Positions 59,001 to 64,000 of a stretch of DNA of 64,000 nt are shown in pieces. Position 1 is the stretch's first letter; the number at the start of each line of letters is the position of its first letter. Origin of the DNA: Macrostomum lignano (taxonomy: Eukaryota); contig NIVC01003406.1 in assembly GCA_002269645.1 (NCBI GenBank), positions 1 to 64,000 on the forward strand, read 5' to 3'. The notes under the pieces were generated by a model. The model had not been told where the DNA came from and made no database searches. It saw only the letters and a list, made by a program, of their open reading frames with translations. The position numbers and the translations under genes are program-made.

Positions 59001-61504
59001 GATTAGGGTTCCACGATACTAATTAGGGATCCATGATACTCCTTAGGGTTCCACAGTACTAATTAGGGATCCATGATACTGATTAGGGTTCCACGGTACT
59101 AATTAGGGATCCATGATACTGATTAGGGTTCCACGGTACAAATTAGGGATCCATGATACTGATTAGGGTTCCACGGTACAAATTAGGGCTCCACGATACT
59201 AATTAGGGATCCATGGTACTGATTAGGGTTCCACGATACTAATTAGGGATCCATGATACTGATTAGGGTTCCACGATACTAATTAGGATCCATATGATAC
59301 TCCTTAGGGTTCCACGATACTTAGCGATCCGTGATTCCAATTTACCTTTATTACCTTAATGGTGTGGTTAACATCAGGTTAATGGCTTTTCAACAGCTTA
59401 TGAGGAAAAGCATTAAAGACTTTTGTCACCTTTAAAAAGCATATAGTACTCAACACTATACCCAATCTCCCGAAACCCCCAAAGGCGTGGCCCAGATCAA
59501 GGTGATGACGGACAGCGAGCTGCTGCAGACTGCCTGCCAACAGTTTCTGGGCAAAAGTCGCCGAGAAATCGAGAACTCAATCCTGCAGACCATGGAGGGC
59601 CACCTGCGCGCCATCCTCGGCACCCTGTCGGTGGAGTCCATCTACAAGGATCGCGACCGCTTCGCCGATCTGGTTCGCGAGATGGCCGCTCCGGACGTTG
59701 GCCGGATGGGCATCGAGATTCTGTCCTTCACCATCAAGGACGTCTACGACAAGGTCGAGTACCTTAACAGCCTCGGCCGGACCCAGGTGGCCAACGTCAA
59801 GCGTGACGCCGACATCGGGGTGGCTCAGGCGGAGCGGGACGCCGGCATCAAGGAGGCCGAGTCCGAGCGGGCTCGCCTGGACGTGAAGTACGTCGCCGAC
59901 TCGCAGATTGCTGACAGCGCCAGACAGTTCCAGATGCAGAAGGCCGCCTTTGACACCGAGGTTTGTGCCCACCAGGGTAAACGGAGTAACAGGGGGTCAC
60001 TTGGACCGGGGTAACTGGGGGTCATTGGGACTAGGGTAACTGGAGATCATTGGGACTGGGGTAACTAGGGGTCATTGGGACCGAGGTGACTGGGGTCATT
60101 GGGACCGGGGTAACTGGAGATCATTGAGACCGGGGTAACTAAAGATCATTGGGACCAGGGTGACTAAAGATCATTGGGACCAGGGTAACTAAAGATCATT
60201 GGGACTCTAATCTGTTTGGATAGGACTGACAATAAAAAAATCAGATTGGATAATTGGGACCGGGGTAACTGGGGATCATTGGGACTCTAATCTGTTTAGA
60301 TAGGACTGACAATAAAAAAATCAGATTGGATAATTGGGACCGGGGTAACTGGGGATCATTGGGACCGGGGTAACTGGGGTCATTGTGGCCGGGCTCACGG
60401 CACCAGCACCGCCTTGGAACCGCAGGTGAACAAGGCCAAGGCGGAGTCCGAGCTGGCCTACAGCCTGCAGGGCGCCAAGGAGCGCCAGAAGATTCGCGCC
60501 GAGGAAATCGAAATCGAGGTGCGCGAGAAGCGCAAGCTGATCGAAATCGAGGAGAAAGAAATTGTGCGCAACGAGAAGGAGCTGGACGGCAGCATCAGGC
60601 GGCCGGCTGAGGCCGAGGCCTTCAAGGTCAGGGAAATTCGTAGATTGATACACGAAAAGGTGGACATGTACATGCTCGATAGATCACACTAGATCACACT
60701 AGATCACACTAGATCACACTAGATCACACTAGATCACACTAGATCATACTAAATCACACTAGATCACACTAGATTACACTAGATCACACTAGATCACACT
60801 AGATCACACTAGATCACACTAGATCACACTAGATCACACTAGATCACACTAGATTACACTAGATCACACTAGATCACACTAGATCACACTAGATCACACT
60901 AGATCACACTAGATCACACTAGATCATACTAGATCACACTAGATCACACTAGATCATACTAGATCACACTAGATCACACTAGATCACACTAGATCACACT
61001 AGATCACACTAGATCACACTAGATCACACTAGATCACACTAGATCACACTAGATCACACTAGATCATACTAGATCACACCGGATCGCACCAGACTGCCAT
61101 TCGCCACTCCGAAGGTGCAAACCGTGGCCGAAGGCGAACGCTTCCGCCGGGTCAAGGTGGCGCAGGCCGAGGCCGAGGCCATCCGCGCCCGCGGTGCCGC
61201 CGAAGCCGCCTCGATTGGCGCCGTCGGCCGCGCCCAAGCCGAGGAGATGCGGCTGAAGGCGGCGGCCTACCGAGCCTACGGCGACGCGGCCATCCTGGAG
61301 ATGAGCCTGGAGGCTCTGCCGCGCGTGGCCGCCGAAGTGGCCGCCCCGCTGTCCAAGATTGACGAAATTGTGGTCCTTGGCGACGACCGCACCACCTCGG
61401 AGGTGTCCCGCCTGCTGAGCAACCTGCCGCCGGCAGTGCAGGCCCTCACCGGAGTCGACTTGAGCGGCGCCGTAGGAAAACTGGCCGGCCTACAGACCGC
61501 GTAG
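56028..61504 (+). CDS. FLOT2: Flotillin-2 (reggie-1), 6 exons, 425 aa
   Basis: Exons 56028-56076, 57947-58028, 58114-58193, 59485-59960, 60426-60626 and 61115-61504 are all in phase. Motifs MGNIHTVGPNEALVISGGCCG, GGWGWAWW, LQTMEGHLRAILGTL, APDVGRMGIEILSFTIKDVYD, AEAEA repeats and ALTGVDLS. Confidence 0.97.
58320..59320. repeat. 20-bp minisatellite with a 40-bp dimeric higher order (AATTAGGGATCCATGATACT / GATTAGGGTTCCACGATACT), FLOT2 intron 3
   Basis: About 50 monomers alternating A/B. Confidence 0.96.
59985..60388. repeat. ~23-bp repeat GGGGTAACTGGGG(A/G)TCATTGGGACC plus an ~80-bp local duplication, FLOT2 intron 4
   Basis: Tandem copies; the segment GGGACTCTAATCTG...CAGATTGGATAATTGGGACC occurs twice (~60200-60260 and ~60280-60340). 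Confidence 0.9.
60680..61090. repeat. 10-bp satellite AGATCACACT, FLOT2 intron 5
   Basis: About 40 near-perfect copies. Confidence 0.97.
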
Positions 61505-61671
61505 GTGCGGAGTTCGAATCCCGGCCTGGGGGCGATAAGTTTCTTTGAGGATTTTTTCTCGACACGATTTTGTAATTTGAAGGATTAATGCCATCCTCAA
61601 TGGTATTTAGCCTCTAACTGTCTCGACCTGCTGTGTTTCAACTCTCAACCGGATGATTTCTGCACCTCCAA

Positions 61672-61940
61672 CGTTCGGGACTTCCAGCCCTCGGGGCCTC
61701 CAACCTTCGGGACCTCCAGCCTTCGGGACCTCCAGCCTTCGGACCTCCAACCTTCGGGACCTCCAACCTTCGAGACCTCCAACCTTCGGGACCTCCAGCC
61801 TTCGGGACCTCCAACCTTCGGGACCTCCAACCTTCGGGAACTCCAACCTTCGAGACCTCCAACCTTCGGGACCTCCAGCCTTCGGGACCTCCAACCTTCG
61901 GGACCTCCAACCTTCGGGACCTCCAACCTTCGGGACCTCC
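61672..61940. repeat. 16-bp minisatellite CCTTCGGGACCTCCAA
   Basis: About 16 copies downstream of the FLOT2 stop. Confidence 0.93.
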
Positions 61941-62289
61941 ACCTTTAACCTCCGTGACTTTCGAATGCGAATATTCTCCAAGAGGCACCCAACTCTGTTA
62001 AACGCACGGCTAACGCATACGGTGAATTTTTTAAAGTTTTCGTGAACATTATATCTGAGCAGAGAATTCAAGAGATTGCTCTATAGTTCCTCCGCCGAGA
62101 CGTTGTCCCTTACTGAAAAAATATTACGAGCGTACTAAGCATGCTTTTCTATGTTAAACTTTTTGTTGTGTTGAATACAATTACTATCAATAAGGCGACG
62201 TTTTAATTTCCCGAAACCTAAGACTTAAGTTTTGGCGCCTCTAAAAGCCACTTGGTACCATTTTAAAAGAATTGGCACTATTGAAAGAC

Positions 62290-62762
62290 TTTTCAGCGCC
62301 ATCATGACCCATTTGGCGCCATCGGGACTCATTTGGCGTCATCATGACCCCTTTGGTCTTACTGTGACCCATTTGGCGCCATCATGACCCATTCGGCGCT
62401 ATCTTGACCCGTTTGGTCTTACTATGACCCATTTGGCGCTATCATGACTCATTTGGTCTTACTATGACCCATTTGGCGCCATCATGACCCATTGGGTGCC
62501 ATCATGACCCATTTGGTCTTACTATGACCCATTTGGCGCCATCATGACCCATTGGGTGCCATCATGACCCATTTGGTCTTACTATGACCCATTTGGCGCC
62601 ATCATGACCCATTGGGTGCCATCATGACCCATTGGGTGCCATCATGACCCATTTGGTCTTACTATGACCCATTTGGCGCCATCATGACCCATTGGGTGCC
62701 ATCATGACCCATTGGGTGCCATCATGACCCATTTGGTCTTACTATGACCCATTTGGCGCCAT
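62290..62762. repeat. 20-bp minisatellite ATGACCCATTTGG(CGCCATC/TCTTACT)
   Basis: About 23 copies, three variants in patterned order. Confidence 0.93.
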
Positions 62763-63351
62763 AGTCATGATGAATACTGGCAAGGCACCCGTACTTTTAT
62801 CTAGTCAAAGGTTTCACAAAGCCGGTAGCAATTATTTGCATAGGATTGCAGCTATTGTTCTTTGTTATTAATGTTGTTCAAGCAATTATTTATATAAAAC
62901 CACTTTTTTATTAGTTTGAGAGTGATGAAATATGTAAATTAGGCAATTTTATATTAAAAAGCTTTATGTCAGAGTACTTTTACAATTGTCCTTTATGCAG
63001 TTTGTAAAAATGCGTTACTGCCTAATGCTTAGTATTTTTATATTAATCTTTCGTCTTTGTGGTCTGTGATTCTGAGTATGTAAACCTGTCAATCACTGCT
63101 ACTGGTAATTAATCTCTTTTTTTGCTTAGCAAAAGCTGTTTTCTATCGCACCCGTTGTTAAAATAAAAACATTTTTCGTCGACAATATCTTACTACTGAT
63201 AGTAGCTGATGCTTTTGAGAAATTTTATAAGTAGCAATAACTGCGCTGCTTACTAATACAAATAGCTTAAATCTGTATTTTTTCCGCTTTTTGTCTTGGC
63301 TTGAAATTATTATATGATCTATGTTTGGTTTAAATCTAGACATTTTGTTTT

Positions 63352-64000
63352 AATGACTGATGTCTACCTGACTGATGTCTACCTGTCTGATTTCTACCTG
63401 TCTGATGTCTACCTGACTGATTGTCTACCTGACTGATGTCTACCTGACTGATTGTCTACCTGACTGATTGTCTACCTGACTGATGTCTACCTGACTGATG
63501 TCTACCTGACTGATGTCTACCTGACTGATGTCTACCTGACTGATTGTCTACCTGACTGATGTCTACCTGTCTGATGTCTACCTGACTGATGTCTGCCTGT
63601 CTGATGTCTACCTGACTGATGTCTACCTGTCTGATGTCTACCTGACTGATGTCTACCTGTCTGATGTCTACCTGTCTGATGTCTACCTGTCTGATGTCTA
63701 CCTGACTGATGTCTACCTGACTGATGTCTACCTGTCTGATGTCTACCTGTCTGATGTCTACCTGTCTGATGTCTACCTGTCTGATGTCTACCTGTCTGAT
63801 GTCTACCTGTCTGATGTCTACCTGACTGATGTCTACCTGTCTGATGTCTACCTGACTGACTGTCTACCTGACTGATGTCTACCTGACTGATGTCTACCTG
63901 TCTGATGTCTACCTGTCTGATGTCTACCTGTCTGATGTCTACCTGTCTGATGTCTACCTGACTGATGTCTACCTGACTGATGTCTACCTGTCTGATGTCT
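63352..64000. repeat. 15-bp minisatellite TCTACCTG(A/T)CTGATG, runs off the window end
   Basis: More than 40 copies. Confidence 0.97.

Noticed and set aside
61485-61530. tRNA/SINE-like GTTCGAATCCC just after the FLOT2 stop (a similar GGTTCGAAT occurs near 36850)
   Set aside because: The T-stem does not pair, and no A-box, D-arm or acceptor stem is evident.

Overview
Eukaryotic (metazoan) genomic DNA: GC3-rich spliced exons embedded in AT-rich spacers, with minisatellite-filled introns. This style suggests a free-living flatworm such as Macrostomum (inference only). Seven host genes can be reconstructed by eye with GT-AG junctions that keep frame: the 5' part of PDAP1 (-), a clan-2-like cytochrome P450 (+), a tetraspanin (-), an HR96/NR1J-type nuclear receptor (-), a RING-finger multi-pass membrane protein (-), an intronless orphan ORF (-) and flotillin-2 (+). 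Mobile DNA comprises a young, internally deleted BEL/Pao LTR element nested in a probable hAT-type MITE, two further hAT-type MITEs with 8-bp TSDs, a decayed mariner and foldback/palindromic elements. About 30 tandem arrays are present. The most striking unexplained patterns are: (i) 13 of 18 introns carry their own private minisatellite, often abutting a splice site; (ii) many unrelated repeat units contain GATC; (iii) the minimal BEL/Pao element keeps one open gag-RT fusion ORF and sits in a TAGGCCTA palindrome; (iv) the RING plus multi-TM gene has an unusual architecture. Three 1-bp deletions in short homopolymers (two in PDAP1, one in the CYP) are probably assembly errors. All coordinates were counted by hand; repeat boundaries are approximate.
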